A stretch of DNA of 63,833 nucleotides, the filler included, from Olpidium bornovanus S191 (taxonomy: Eukaryota; Fungi; Olpidiomycota), in NCBI GenBank assembly GCA_017911155.1. It is 29 parts of 29 records of this genome, joined end to end, with 100 filler letters (N's around TTAATTAATTAA, not from the genome) between each part and the next. Parts side by side here need not be neighbours in the genome. Positions count along the whole stretch, not along the records: positions 1 to 1,637 come from JAEFCI010001397.1; positions 1,738 to 4,390 come from JAEFCI010004849.1; positions 4,491 to 6,925 come from JAEFCI010003211.1; positions 7,026 to 9,250 come from JAEFCI010001711.1; positions 9,351 to 10,466 come from JAEFCI010009565.1; positions 10,567 to 12,280 come from JAEFCI010005982.1; 23 more parts are not named here. The stretch is one strand, 5' to 3'. The position numbers and the translations under genes were made by a program. Below the pieces are notes generated by a model. The model was not told the origin of the DNA. It made no database searches and saw only the letters and a list, made by a program, of their open reading frames with translations. Positions 1 to 11,629 of the stretch are shown here, piece after piece (position 1 is the first letter of the stretch; every line of letters begins with the position of its first letter).

Positions 1-511
1 ATCTACCATACCTGCAGGAACTGCCTCGGTCCGCACACAGCTCGGTGACAGAAAGGTCCTTATACCTTTCCTCGTCGTAAACTGTGCCATCGATGATGTC
101 CTTATTGGCCAAACGACCATGGCTGCACTGGGGGTAGACATCCTGAACACCGAACGCGTTATCCGCGTCCCCGCAAAGAAACTGTCTTCCTTGGCCAGCT
201 CCATTCCCATGGTTGATGCTGCTGGGACTGTACCCCCTGCTCCTCCACGGAAACCTCCATGACTTGTTACCGCAAGCTGCGGGCGCAGGACGATGTCATC
301 CTTCCCCCTCCCTGAAGACACCTCCGAGGTTTTTATTGAAAGCCTCCCCTCAAGCGCCGCCGTCTACGTTATGAAAGGCGTGACCCGCGTGGAGAAGGGT
401 CGTGCCCTGGTAAACCTGGCAAATTTGTCCAAAACCGCGCGCAGAATCCGCAGTGGACAAGCAATTGGCACGTACGCACCCGCCAACGAAGCGGAATGCA
501 GCATAGTCTAA
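1..511 (+). mobile_element. Degenerate Ty3/gypsy-like pol fragment (aspartic protease C-terminal part plus post-protease region, frameshifted)
   Basis: Frame 2 reads ...IPFLVVNCAIDDVLIGQTTMAALGVDILNTERVI..., resembling the retropepsin C-terminal ILGxDxL motif. ORF 293-511 has ALVNLANLSKTARRIRSGQAIG, resembling the segment after PR in gypsy pol. Confidence 0.55.
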
Positions 512-658
512 CTCGATTTTGACTCCTTTGGTGAAGCAGCCCCTCCCAACAGCTCGTCTCCCGCACCTCCTGTGCAGCCCGTTAAGGGAACTGATCCCGT
601 GACGCTTGACATCGCCGCCGTAGCAACCTATGCGGTCACGAAAGAGTCCCTTTTGAAT

Positions 659-790
659 TGTTGAACCCGGAGAATCCGGAGGCCTCCTCGGAACCCCTGA
701 ATGTTCTCTGTACTATAACGCGTAAATCTCTCAATAAACTGCTTTCTCTCACGGAGGCGAAAACCACAAAAACCAACAGGTTATGAGCCC
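659..790 (+). mobile_element. 120-bp 5-prime LTR (659-778) plus half-tRNAiMet primer-binding site (779-790)
   Basis: TGTTG at 659-663, CAACA at 774-778, AATAAA at 733-738. It is followed directly by GGTTATGAGCCC, the complement of the fungal initiator-tRNA anticodon arm GGGCUCAUAACC. Confidence 0.8.
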
Positions 791-817
791 AAACCAAACC
801 TGACGGGGAAGCTCGAC

Positions 818-1220
818 CGCCGCCGCCGCCGCCGACGCGTCGCCGCTCACCGGCGCCCCCTCCGTCACCCTCCCGGCAGCTCACCTGCCGCCGCTCATCA
901 CCGGCCGAGCCGCCATCTTTCCGGCCTTTCGCCGCCAGTCCTCCGCAGCCCGCCGCCGCTCATCCCCGCCGCCGCCGCTCATACCCGCTCACCGGGCAGC
1001 CGCTGCGCTTTCCCGCTGCGCTCTTCGCCGCCGCCGCCGCTGCGCTCTTCGCCGCCCCCCGCCGCCATCGCTGCCGCTCACCGGCCGCTTTCGCCGCTTT
1101 CGCCGCTTTCCGCCGCTCTTCGCCGCCACCGGCCGCCGCCGCCGCCGCCGTCGCCCCCGCCGCTCACTGTCCGACGCCGCCGTCGCCGCTCACCGGCCGC
1201 CGCCGCCGCCGCCTACCGAC
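818..1220 (+). repeat. GCC/CCG-rich low-complexity leader of the LTR element
   Basis: Degenerate GCCGCCGCT(C/T) units between the PBS and the gag ATG. Confidence 0.7.
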
Positions 1221-1235
1221 AAGCTCAGCCAAGCT

Positions 1236-1637
1236 ATGTCCTTTGCCAATGAACGCGACAGAGAGCATGAGATTGTTGACCGGGACAGGGAACGGGACCG
1301 GGACCCCCCCACCGACAAAGGAAAAGACAAGAAGAGATCCAAAACAGCCATCTTCTCGACTCCACACCGCCTCGCTACAACCTTCCCTGGTTCACATTTC
1401 GGAGATTCCCCGACGAGACAACCAACTCCAACGCCCTACAAGGCCCCCCGGGGACATGATACACCTACCACACCTTCGTCCTCACCCCATGATGACGCTG
1501 CTCTCCGGCAGATGTATTCGGAGATTGAGAAGTTTGATGGCAGTGGGGGCCCACAATCGCTTAGGCTGTTCTTTCGCAAACTCGATGCTTACTTCACCCT
1601 TGCATCGATCTCTGCCCCATTCCAACCTCATCTTGCC
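1236..1637 (+). mobile_element. Retrotransposon gag-like ORF, 5-prime part (truncated by linker)
   Basis: MYSEIEKFDGSGGPQSLRLFFRKLDAYF resembles a Ty3/gypsy capsid N-terminal motif and is homologous to IFSEIPKYDRKGGTATLRVFLQKMDRFL at 56471-57028. Confidence 0.65.
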
Positions 1638-1850
1638 NNNNNNNNNNNNNNNNNNNNNNNNNNNNNNNNNNNNNNNNNNNNTTAATTAATTAANNNNNNN
1701 NNNNNNNNNNNNNNNNNNNNNNNNNNNNNNNNNNNNNCCATGCGGAGGGGGAAGAGAGGGGAAGGGGGGGGAAAGGGAGGAAAGGTTCTTTTTTTCTATG
1801 TGCGTGCGTGTGTGCTTATCTCCCGCAACCTAAAAAGAAAAAAATTCCGC

Positions 1851-2016
1851 GGTCCTAATCTTTTCGATTTTTGTCGTTACGTGAAACTGGTCTCGCGGGG
1901 GAAACGGTCCCGATCTTTTCGATTTTTGTCGTTACGTGAAACGGGTCTCGCGGGGGAAACGGTCCCGATCTTTTCGATTTTTGTCGTTACGTGAAACGGG
2001 GTCTCGGGGGGGAACG
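1851..2016. repeat. 55-bp tandem repeat, 3 copies
   Basis: GGTCCCGATCTTTTCGATTTTTGTCGTTACGTGAAACGGGTCTCGCGGGGGAAAC units start at 1851, 1906 and 1961, with small differences. Confidence 0.9.
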
Positions 2017-2746
2017 AAAGGAGAATGAGAGGGGAGGAAAGGAGGCGTATCTTGGGAAGACAAAGCCCGGGATAGCAACGATGGGAGAGAAAGGCCCCGC
2101 GCCGCCTACGTCTGGAGCGGGAAAATAAAAATTTAGGCGTTCGCTCCCCCTTTGTGCGCCGCGGTTTCCCGGGGGTGTGGTGGGGCTCTTTTCGTTGCTT
2201 GGATACCGTCACCCGTTGCCCAGGGCAACCGGATTCGGAACGCGGCGGACAAAAAGACAAAAAAGAAAAACAAAGCTCCGATGGACCCAGCTTTCCCGTT
2301 CAGTTCAGGGGAGAGAGTCCGGGGGAGGGGGACGGGAAGCCTGGAGTCCTTCAGGCTTCGGGAGCGAAAGAAAGAGAAGCGCTTCGCCCCGGGAAATTTC
2401 GAACTTCCTTACGAAATAACGTCGCCCGGGAACCCCGCACACCGGCCGCGCGTACACCCGATTGGGCTAGGCGATAAACAAGCGGGCTTGTTGGGCGCCA
2501 AACCGGGTTTCCTCTACGACTATGCCGCGGCTCTCCAACCAGGACTTCCCTGTCAACTTAACCACGGAACCTCAAAAGTGAATGCCTCCGATGGGCTATG
2601 GAGCAAGGAGCATTTGACGACAGTATCGGGATATGGACACAGACGGTATGCCGGAAGGCAAAATATGCCAGAGGGACAAGGAGCCTGACTTCCGAAAACC
2701 GGAGCAAACCGGATAAGCAGAAGCGCAGTGTTTCGAAAGACGCGAG

Positions 2747-4192
2747 TCAAAAAGTACGCGATGGCTCTCGGCGTCCGCTTTCCTTTCCTGCTGCGGCCGC
2801 CGTCCTGATCACGCCGCAGCCACCGAGCTCAACAACCGTCTCCAACCATTCGAACATTCTCTCCGGCGAGCCCTGTCCGTTCCCAGGAACCGGGTTGGTT
2901 CCTTCCGGCAACATCACCCGCAGTCCCTGGGATGAAACGCGCGTCCACTCCCCGCGCTCCGCCAGAACCCGAGGGAACCCCGGCTCGGCGGCGGACTGCG
3001 TTACTTGGAACGCAGCAACCGGTGCCGATTGGTTGGGTGAGCGTGTACCCGGCACCGGACCGGCCAGAGCGCTATATTGGTCGGATTGCACGGCCACAGC
3101 ATCCCGATTGGATGAGACCGCTTCGCAATTGGCGCCAACCGCGTTCGCTTTCGACAACCTTGGATGCCGGACGTTTGCAGCGGCCGGCGGCTGCGGCATT
3201 TCCTTCCGCCCGGTGATACGGATGGCGTTTCCCCTGACCAACTTTCGGGCCTTCGGGAGGATGTCATCGTTGACTTCGAAAAAGGCGACAGCAGCGCCGT
3301 CGGATCCTCTGGCCAAGCGGCGGCGAAACGCCATGTCCTCCAGCAGGGCCAGGCGGACCGCCTCCTGAAAAAAAAAGCGTATGCGGAGCTGAGCGGGGAA
3401 CACACGCGCAGCATTCGACAACGAGTCGACACGGGTACGGTTTGCAAGCGCAAACCCCGCCGACAATCCGCGACCTCGAACCGTAAGGTCGCCGCAGAGG
3501 GCTCACCTGCCACACTTCGGCTCTGCCGTCCGCTCCGAGCGTCTCGATCTCGTCGTGGCACGAGACCTCCAGCTCCGCGATGATCTCATCTGCCGTCCGG
3601 CCAGCGTACCGAGCGTGGCCGGCGAGACAGCGGTGTCGGAGCAAGACGCTGGCGCAGGCGCGGAGGACGCCGTCCGGGTAGTTGAGCATGATTACGCGCG
3701 GCCGCGCTAGCGGTTCTGGGTCGCCACACGAAAGGTCGTCTAACTCCACGAAGACCGAACGCGCGGCCAGTGAGGTTTTCTGTGAGAGGCGGTAGTCTGC
3801 GGCCACAGGCGAAAAACAGAGCCTCAGAATAACGCGGTTGTCACGTGGTTTGCCGATACGTTTCGTCCGTCAAAGTTGCCGTGTGTGTGTGGGTGTGTGT
3901 TTGGGGGGGGGGGGGGGTTAGGGGGGCGGGGCGGCCGGGGTCTAGGGATTGTGGGCCGGGCGACAACTTGCCAGGTTCCACCGAAGCGGGCGGTACCGGC
4001 GATCCCGAAGAGCACGGCGGCCGCATGTGAGCGCGCCGCGAGAAGAGAAGGCGCGAGCGCTGACGGGGGACCACGTGCCTCGTTGGGTTCGTGTGCCTGG
4101 CGGTCGTTCCTGCAAGCACCCGCCGCGTTCCGGGAGCTCCCCGCTGGCGTCGCCTCGCGCAAGGCGGCCGGCACGGCTCGCCCCTGCGGCAC
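2747..4192 (-). CDS. Hypothetical spliced protein, possibly with an OB-fold-like segment
   Basis: Globular-looking peptides in successive minus ORFs (SVFVELDDLSCGDPEP...ADEIIAELEVSCHDEIETLG; EAVRLALLEDMAFRRRLARGSDGAAVAFFEVNDDILPKARKLVRGNAIRITG) separated by plausible GT-AG introns. The fold assignment is pattern-level only. Confidence 0.35.
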
Positions 4193-4335
4193 GCGCCGCG
4201 AAGCGGACCCTGCTCCGCGCGCTGTCGCGGGCGGCCCTCGGGGCGCAGGGCGAGGCGCTCATTTCGTCGTCGCTGTTTACGGCGAAGGAAGAGGAGGAGG
4301 TGGGATGGGAGCCGCCGAAGGGGCGGGGGGGGGGG

Positions 4336-4390
<55 letters not shown>

Positions 4391-5382
4391 NNNNNNNNNN
4401 NNNNNNNNNNNNNNNNNNNNNNNNNNNNNNNNNNTTAATTAATTAANNNNNNNNNNNNNNNNNNNNNNNNNNNNNNNNNNNNNNNNNNNNCATGGGCGTA
4501 CTATGGGTGTCCAACACTCGAACACGTCCTCGCTGAAAAATATACATAACGTGGAGAATGCGAACCACCACGCCTAATTACTGTGGACCGGAATAATGGA
4601 TTGGCCTACGGATAGTCTCCTGAACACGACTTACGCACAAACTTCCCCGCCAACCGGCGATGGTCAACTGTCGACGACAAATGACTCTCCGTAACTCTAC
4701 AAGTCTGCTGCCTGCTCTGATCCATAGAGTCGACCACCCAAACCCAGAGGAGAAAGAGGGGAAAATCTGCAACACAGACGAGGGCGTTTACCGAAGGCAT
4801 GCGCCGTCGTTTCAAAAGAATGGGACTTCCGGCACTGTTTTAGCTGATATCCAAGGAATCTTGTCACTTTCCCACGAGTGCGTATGTGAGCAGGCTTATA
4901 TCTCGGCAAAAGCTTCGTTTCCCTGCCTTGCTTTCTGTCCCTCATGGCATAACCGGGCTGTTCGTTTCAGGAGAGGGACATCGGCGCCAAAGGCGAAAGG
5001 ATGTGGCGGAGTAAGGAAACGGACGACAAGTGAAAAATAAGTAATAAAACCCGCCCTATTCGTAGACTCGAACGCCTTCGAACGGCATGGGCAATTCCGA
5101 AAATGCGGTCGTTCGGGTGCACCACCAGGGACTCCATTGTACGCCATAAACGAAGCCGACATCTCAATTTCTAATAATAGCACCGGGGAGAAAAGGGGGG
5201 ACGGGACCGTTTAGATCGCGCCAACCGTCTGCAACACTGGTTCATAGCCGAAGCGTGAGATAAATCAATTGCGACTTTCACGCTGCTGGAGTTAACGCGC
5301 AGACTTCGGGAACTACGTAAGCCTCAAGATAGGCTTGCGTTCAACGTGAACAGATATTAATCCGGGGCTTATTGCTACTGTA

Positions 5383-6431
5383 CTAGCTCCGAGTAAGTTT
5401 GCCTGACAGGGACGTACAACTTCGTCAAAAAAATCTCCAGTGGTAGTATATAAGGCGCGCAGCAGCTGCCTTTTGCAAAAACCAACTCACCGTAAATGTG
5501 AAGCATAAAAACACTTGCAATGAACGCGAGACTGAGAACGAGTACGACGACGGGGTCACTGAATAGGAAGAAGAATAAGTGACAAGTGGCTAGCTATAGA
5601 CGCAACTCTGGCTCGGCCAAAACGGCAGCGCTTATACTATCTCGAAAAACACCCTCGAAACGCGAACCGCCGTGTCTACTCACACTTTGAGTCCTGGCGA
5701 GTCGTCCGTGTAAAGCCGCATCATCCCCGGAGTGCTGGCCCCGACGCGAGACGTAGGTCCAGAGGCTCTTGAAGCAGCCCCGCGCGCTCGACTCCTACGA
5801 TGTTGAAATTAAGCAGCGGAATCCGCGGAGAACATCCTTGAGTATGACGGCACTTGGGCACACGGATATCGGGATCTTAAGGGCAACCGTCCCGAGGTGA
5901 GATCCGTCCTTTACGAAGGTCGCACGTCGATTGAAAACGTCGTAAAACACGCTCCAGGGTGGTTTCGACCAAGCCGCCTTTCATGGAATCAGCAGCATTC
6001 CCTGCTGCTCCAGTTGGGAGATATTATGAAGGACAAACCGCCAGCTCGCCAAATTTCGCCCCAATCTTCAAAGTAGGCAAAAAGTGCCTCTGGGGCTGTC
6101 GCTCGCGCCCGGGCAAATGGCGGGATTCCGCGAGCACTGCACTCGGCCGGGAGCGTGCCGTTACCCTCACCTCACCCGGGACGCCGGGGTGGTCACGCCC
6201 CCAACGGCCGAAGAGGTAGCTTCCTGGAACGCGCAGAGGCGGAGATTGTGCAAAACGCAGAGATCAGCGCACGGTTGACTTTTCCGCCGGCAGCCCGCAC
6301 TCCGGGCAAGGCCCCTTCGACGACGCACTACGGTCCCTAAGTGGCACGAAAAAGGTGGAGGGAAAACGCCACGCGGGGGCACCCGCCAGGAGGGGCACAT
6401 GGGAATCTTTTCCCTCGGGACTTACTGCCAT
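5383..6431 (-). CDS. SEC61B: Sec61 translocon beta subunit, complete; exons 6426-6431, 6171-6223, 5684-5794, 5491-5558, 5383-5402 (85 aa)
   Basis: Manual splicing with GT-AG junctions and consistent phases (6+53+111+68+20=258 nt) gives ...[45 protein letters not shown], the Sec61beta/Sbh1 signature. Confidence 0.95.
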
Positions 6432-7113
6432 GCCGGAGTTGCTTTGCTGCCGCTTTGCGCTTGGTGCCAAGTGTAGACGAGGGAAGAGCAGCGGCGGGTC
6501 GGGGTCGGGGAAAAGGGGAACGGGGATATGGGGGTGGATGTAATGTGGAGGAGCGAGAGCTTCCCAACCCCGCTCGGGTGTTGTTCCCGTGCAGCGTAAC
6601 AAAAACCCTCAAGGTTCGCTTTACTTCGGAATAGAGAATACAAAAAAAAAAAAAAAAAAAAACCTCCCACCGTCTCGTTGTTCCTAAATGATGATAACGG
6701 CCGACTTGTGCGCGGAGTCGCGCCGTGGCAGTTCGGCGGACGTTAAGTCAACGCGGTCCGGAAAAGTGTCAGCAGTAGGCAGAACCAAAGTTGTGTAACA
6801 ACACAGCGTGTGGGAGTTCCGTATGCAACCATTCACCAAATTCCCCTCCCCGGTTTGACTTCTTAAGCGTTGTGCTATTTTGTCGTCAAGATGTTGGGAT
6901 ATATCGATGCGCCGAGAAGGACATGNNNNNNNNNNNNNNNNNNNNNNNNNNNNNNNNNNNNNNNNNNNNTTAATTAATTAANNNNNNNNNNNNNNNNNNN
7001 NNNNNNNNNNNNNNNNNNNNNNNNNTTTTCCCCCTCCATCCCTTCTCTCTTTCCCGTTTCCTGCTTCCATCCTGATTTCCCGTTTCCTGCTTGGGGTGGT
7101 TGGGGGACAAAAC

Positions 7114-7151
<38 letters not shown>

Positions 7152-8650
7152 AAAAAAGAAATTAGCCTTCGGTTCGGCCCCTTCTTCTTCTCCGCGTTGG
7201 ATGCGAGGAGAGAAAAAAAAAAAAAAAAAAGAGGGGGGAGGGACGGAGGCGGGGCTGCACAAGCGAGATTAAGGAGAACACCTCTTTCTTCCACTTTCCT
7301 CGGCGGCCTCGCTCCAGAATAACGGGACTGGAGTAGAGACCATGCAGGCGCTGTTTCCGCAGGCACGAAACGCAGGGAAAAAAATAGCCTTCTCTGCCTT
7401 CTCGCCTCTTCGGCCGGTTTTCGACGAAATCCAAACGGCGCACGAAATACACAAGGACCAAAAATCCCCGGGGCCCGCTTACGCCAACAGTCGAAGAGTA
7501 CATCAACCAAAACGTTGGCAGATCAAGTCCTCTCGGCAAACAATGTGCAATCTTCACGTGGCCGGCTCTGGTCATCTCGCAATTGGAAAAAAAAGTTCTT
7601 TCCGCAAAGCAACTTTCCGTCAACGACCTGCAATGGCGTCACAGGGGGGCTGACGCGGTTGACGGCCGAGGACCACAAGATTGCAAACGGCCTCGAGGTC
7701 ATCAACGCCACGATGCGAGAAAGGAAATTCAACCACCTTGTATTCAGCTTCCTTGACACTCCGGTTACCCTCCAAATCTAACCGACGGGCGGCTTCCAAT
7801 CGCAACTGCAATCTAAGCCGTCAATCAAAGGTCCAATTTTAGTGTCCGCTTAAGTGTCTAAGGCGCGTTCTTATTCCAAAAAACCTGCATGCGGGTGCGA
7901 GGGCCGACGTGATGGGGGGTGTCGGCCCGAAGTTGCGTGGCCGGCCAGGAGGAAATACAAAGCGGCGAAGGCGGCGGCATACTCGAACGGCCGTGTTTAG
8001 GTGATGCGGTCGGTCGCGGTAAGTGCGCTGTGGCGGAGCGCCCGCTGTGCCGGGACAGACGAACTCGACGTTTCCGTTGTTGCGGCGATGGCGGGGGCGA
8101 ATACGCAAAGAGCACACGAGGTTGATTCACAAAAGCCGTCGGGATCTCCGCGGCCGGACGCGCGCCCCTTCTCCGGCGCGCTTCTTGACGAATCTCGCTG
8201 GGAAACCCAAAAACGGGCAAAGCTCCATCCTGGCCGGCGCCGGCATTGTTGGCTCGAACGGAAGGAAGGTGGTTGATATATACGCGCGATAGACGGAGAA
8301 TCCCTTTTCCCCGCCCCTCCCGTCCCCGCCTCGCCCACCGACTGAAGTCCCTTCCTCGGTTTTTGTGTCGTGCCGTTGGCGTGGGAATGTATATTCCGCT
8401 ACAAATAGCAAAATATAAAATAGTGATGTAGTACCAGTATCTAAACTGCTATAGAATTAGCATTACATTTAAAATTACTTTTTTTTTTCGTTTTGTTTTT
8501 GCGTCCGCCAGCACGTACCTTCACACCGGAGCAGGGACGTTGCGGAAACAACCGTGACTGTGCGCGAGGGGTTGCACACCCCACCCCCTCTTCTCCCGCC
8601 GCCGCCCAACAGGGCCCCAAAACCAAAAAAAGAAAAAAACATTAAAAGTT

Positions 8651-8722
8651 TGGAGACGCCGGGGATTGAACCCGGGGCTTATTGCATGCGAAGCAATCAC
8701 TCTACCACTGAGTTACGTCCCT
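8651..8722 (-). tRNA. tRNA-Ala(CGC)
   Basis: AGGGACG TA ACTC AGTGGTA GAGT G ATTGC TTCGCAT GCAAT AAGCC CCGGG TTCAATC CCCGG CGTCTCC A. D, anticodon and T stems are perfect, the G3:U70 alanine identity pair is present, and position 1:72 is A:C. Confidence 0.9.
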
Positions 8723-9150
8723 CACGCGGTTCGGATGGGAATAGGACCCGTAGTAAACCTGTTGTTCTTAACCCGAGCCTTAGTTCAGTTAGTTTTATTT
8801 CTGGGGTGTCGCGGGAAGGGGGCCCCCGCCGGCGGCAACTTGACGGGAGGGCGGATTAACTGCGACGGTTCTTACAGCGCGTGGCGTTCGGCGGCAAACG
8901 ACCCGGCGCAAGGCAGTGTATGGAAACGGCGAGCGGAGGCGCGGCGGCCGCCGTCTGCGAGCGCGACGAGCGGGCGAGGGGCGACGGCGCGGAAATGGGG
9001 TGCGGCTGGCGCGCGGATTTCCGCGAACTGGTCAGCCCGATGTTCCCGACGAGATGTCAGAAAAAAAGAGGGCCGCGAGTCGCCGAACCAAACCCCCCCC
9101 CCCCCTCCGGCACTCGCCGGCCCGGCGTTCGACCTGAGGAAAGAAAAAAG

Positions 9151-9250
<100 letters not shown>

Positions 9251-9350
9251 NNNNNNNNNNNNNNNNNNNNNNNNNNNNNNNNNNNNNNNNNNNNTTAATT
9301 AATTAANNNNNNNNNNNNNNNNNNNNNNNNNNNNNNNNNNNNNNNNNNNN

Positions 9351-10014
9351 CATGATGCGCTCGGAGGGGATCAGCGAAACCGACGTCCCCGAGTTTCAGA
9401 TAGAGAGGGGCTCCTTCGGGTTCAGAACGGAAAACTTCAACGTCGTCCCAACCGGGCGGGCCGGCCGCGGCCGCCACGTCCACTTCCTCAGCGACAACAC
9501 GCATTCCCGCGCGAAGAAGCTGTGGAAGTTCTTCAGCGCCCTCTGGGTCCTCGTGGACTCCCGGCCGCCGGAGCAGAAGCTGCCGCGCGTGCCCGACGTG
9601 TTCCGCGTCGACGGCAGCGGCCTCCCGAACCTCCGCGCGGAGTTCACGAGCGGCGACGTCCGCGAACTGCTGCTTTCCGTGGCGGAAAACCTGCCCGGTG
9701 CCCTCTACGAGAGCTTCCCCCCGCAGAACCCGGGTCACGGCGATTTCTTCAACTGGGTGCGCCGCCTCAAGGTGCTGGACGCGGCGATATCCGACATACA
9801 ACTGTACGACAGCGACCCCTTGGCTCTCCACGGCCAGGCGCTGGGAAAACTGTTCGGGATGCTCCACGGCCACGACGGGAGTCTGGAATATGAAGCGGAT
9901 CTCCGGGCCACAGAAGCGGAGATCACGGGCGCGGCCAACGCCGCAAAGCGCGCGTACGGTCCAAAGCAAAAAAGAATGCCGCGCTTCAGAAGACCGCAAT
10001 GGTTCTCGCACTGA
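9351..10014 (+). CDS. Orphan intronless ORF (at least 220 aa, 5-prime probably truncated), function unknown
   Basis: Long non-repetitive ORF with strong GC at third codon positions, followed by an AT-richer 3-prime region. No motif recognised. Confidence 0.55.
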
Positions 10015-10591
10015 GGAAATGCCTCCCGGCCTTAGATAAACTCAGAGATTATTAAAATTTTTTGCAGCCGTCAGCTGCAAGACCTGTCATTTTGCTGCCC
10101 AAGAATAAAAATAGAATCGGTACTTAGCTCGGCGCCGAAAGTATGGCCTTGGATAATTTTGTGTAATATCTGTTAATGGATTCCGACGAGAAGGGGGGGA
10201 GAGGGGGGGCGGTTGGAACTGTCGGTCCACAAGGGGTCAAACGTGGTCTGAAACTAAGGGGATTTCAGGACACCGCGCCCACTAGAGATTTATGTTTTAT
10301 ATTATATAATATGTAATACTATAATTACCTTGCTCGGGGATATTGTGGTACACCATTATTACTTGTCCATTGTGCCGCGCTCTCTCATCCGCGGAGGACG
10401 TGCGCGCCGCTCTGAACACGCAAGAACCCCCCCCCCCCCCTCCCCCCCCCCCCCCCATTCCCCCACNNNNNNNNNNNNNNNNNNNNNNNNNNNNNNNNNN
10501 NNNNNNNNNNTTAATTAATTAANNNNNNNNNNNNNNNNNNNNNNNNNNNNNNNNNNNNNNNNNNNNGCCATCATCACGGTACACGACGGAT

Positions 10592-11629
10592 ATGTCGCCG
10601 GCAGGCCGGTATTTGAGCTCCAGCGAGTCCGTTCCGTACGAAGAGGACGAGGCCGCACTTCTACTCCGGCGGTACGAAGCCATCATGCGAAAGAGGCGAG
10701 CGGAGGCATCGCGGACGGCCTCTTCCGGCCCTTCCAACAAAGATTTTTCCAGCGTCTTAAACGACGACGCATTGCCGGAAACGTTTCGTTTCTCGGAAAT
10801 GCGGCCATTGGAAAGCACGCCCGTCCCACCCGGATACTTCGGATCCACGCTTGCGTCGTACGCGTCTTTTCGACCGGGGGGAACAACGCCAAACGCTTCG
10901 GCGCCGCAATCGCACACGTACGCATCAAGTACACTGCAATCCGCGGCCGAAACCCCCTATCCGGCGCCGTACTCGGCCACGTTCAACGATCCCGACGATC
11001 GCACGCTGCGCGTCCCGCTGCCGATGGATCCAACGTTGGACATAGGAGCACCACCTGAGAACCAGCATATCAATCATCCGCAAGAAAGCGACAAACCGCG
11101 CGGTTCTGAGCGCCTCCTCGCTGCAGGCCATCGATCCGTGCCGTTTGTTCGCAGTCTTGCCCAGGATTATTTCGGTGATTGGACAGGGACCGCGTCGACG
11201 GGCAGGAGAGAATCTCTCGACGGAGAAAATAATAGATCTATAATGTCTCCTGGAGAGATTGCCTCTGCCGCCGAAGTCTCGAAGAGGCGGGACGGCCTAC
11301 CAACAGGGCAATTGGTCGGATCCTATGTGGCCGATCGTGGACCCAAAAAGGAAGGCACCCCGCGGACTGGGAAAGGCAACTTCAGCGGTGGCGAGAAAAA
11401 TATAGAATCTTTTCTCGGTAAATGGGATGAGTTGTATCCGTCTGGCTTTGCCAGCGTAGAGACATCTCCGATTGGATCTTCACCATACGGGATCTCGTAT
11501 GAAGACCCGTATCACCGGTTTTTTACGGGTGCGCGCAGTCCAGCGCCGGCGAAGATCAGCGGCGGGGAATACGAGCGTTTTCCGGTACGAAATCTGGCAG
11601 ACGTTAGCATTTTTGACCACCGACCGTAG
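10592..11629 (+). CDS. Hypothetical Ser/Pro-rich protein exon (probably continues into 11641-12120)
   Basis: 345-codon ORF with disordered composition; no domain recognised. Confidence 0.4.
   Translation: MSPAGRYLSSSESVPYEEDEAALLLRRYEAIMRKRRAEASRTASSGPSNKDFSSVLNDDALPETFRFSEMRPLESTPVPPGYFGSTLASYASFRPGGTTPNASAPQSHTYASSTLQSAAETPYPAPYSATFNDPDDRTLRVPLPMDPTLDIGAPPENQHINHPQESDKPRGSERLLAAGHRSVPFVRSLAQDYFGDWTGTASTGRRESLDGENNRSIMSPGEIASAAEVSKRRDGLPTGQLVGSYVADRGPKKEGTPRTGKGNFSGGEKNIESFLGKWDELYPSGFASVETSPIGSSPYGISYEDPYHRFFTGARSPAPAKISGGEYERFPVRNLADVSIFDHRP

Noticed and set aside
1638-1737. Recurrent TTAATTAATTAA palindrome as a regulatory or repeat element
   Set aside because: It is always embedded in fixed N runs, so it is an artificial six-frame-stop linker.
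4321-4390. Poly-G/poly-C and poly-A tracts (also 9142-9250, 54787-54860, 59160-59267) as poly-Gly/Pro/Lys coding, G-quadruplex elements or retroposon tails
   Set aside because: They cluster at contig breaks and their lengths are unreliable in short-read assemblies; there is no supporting element structure.
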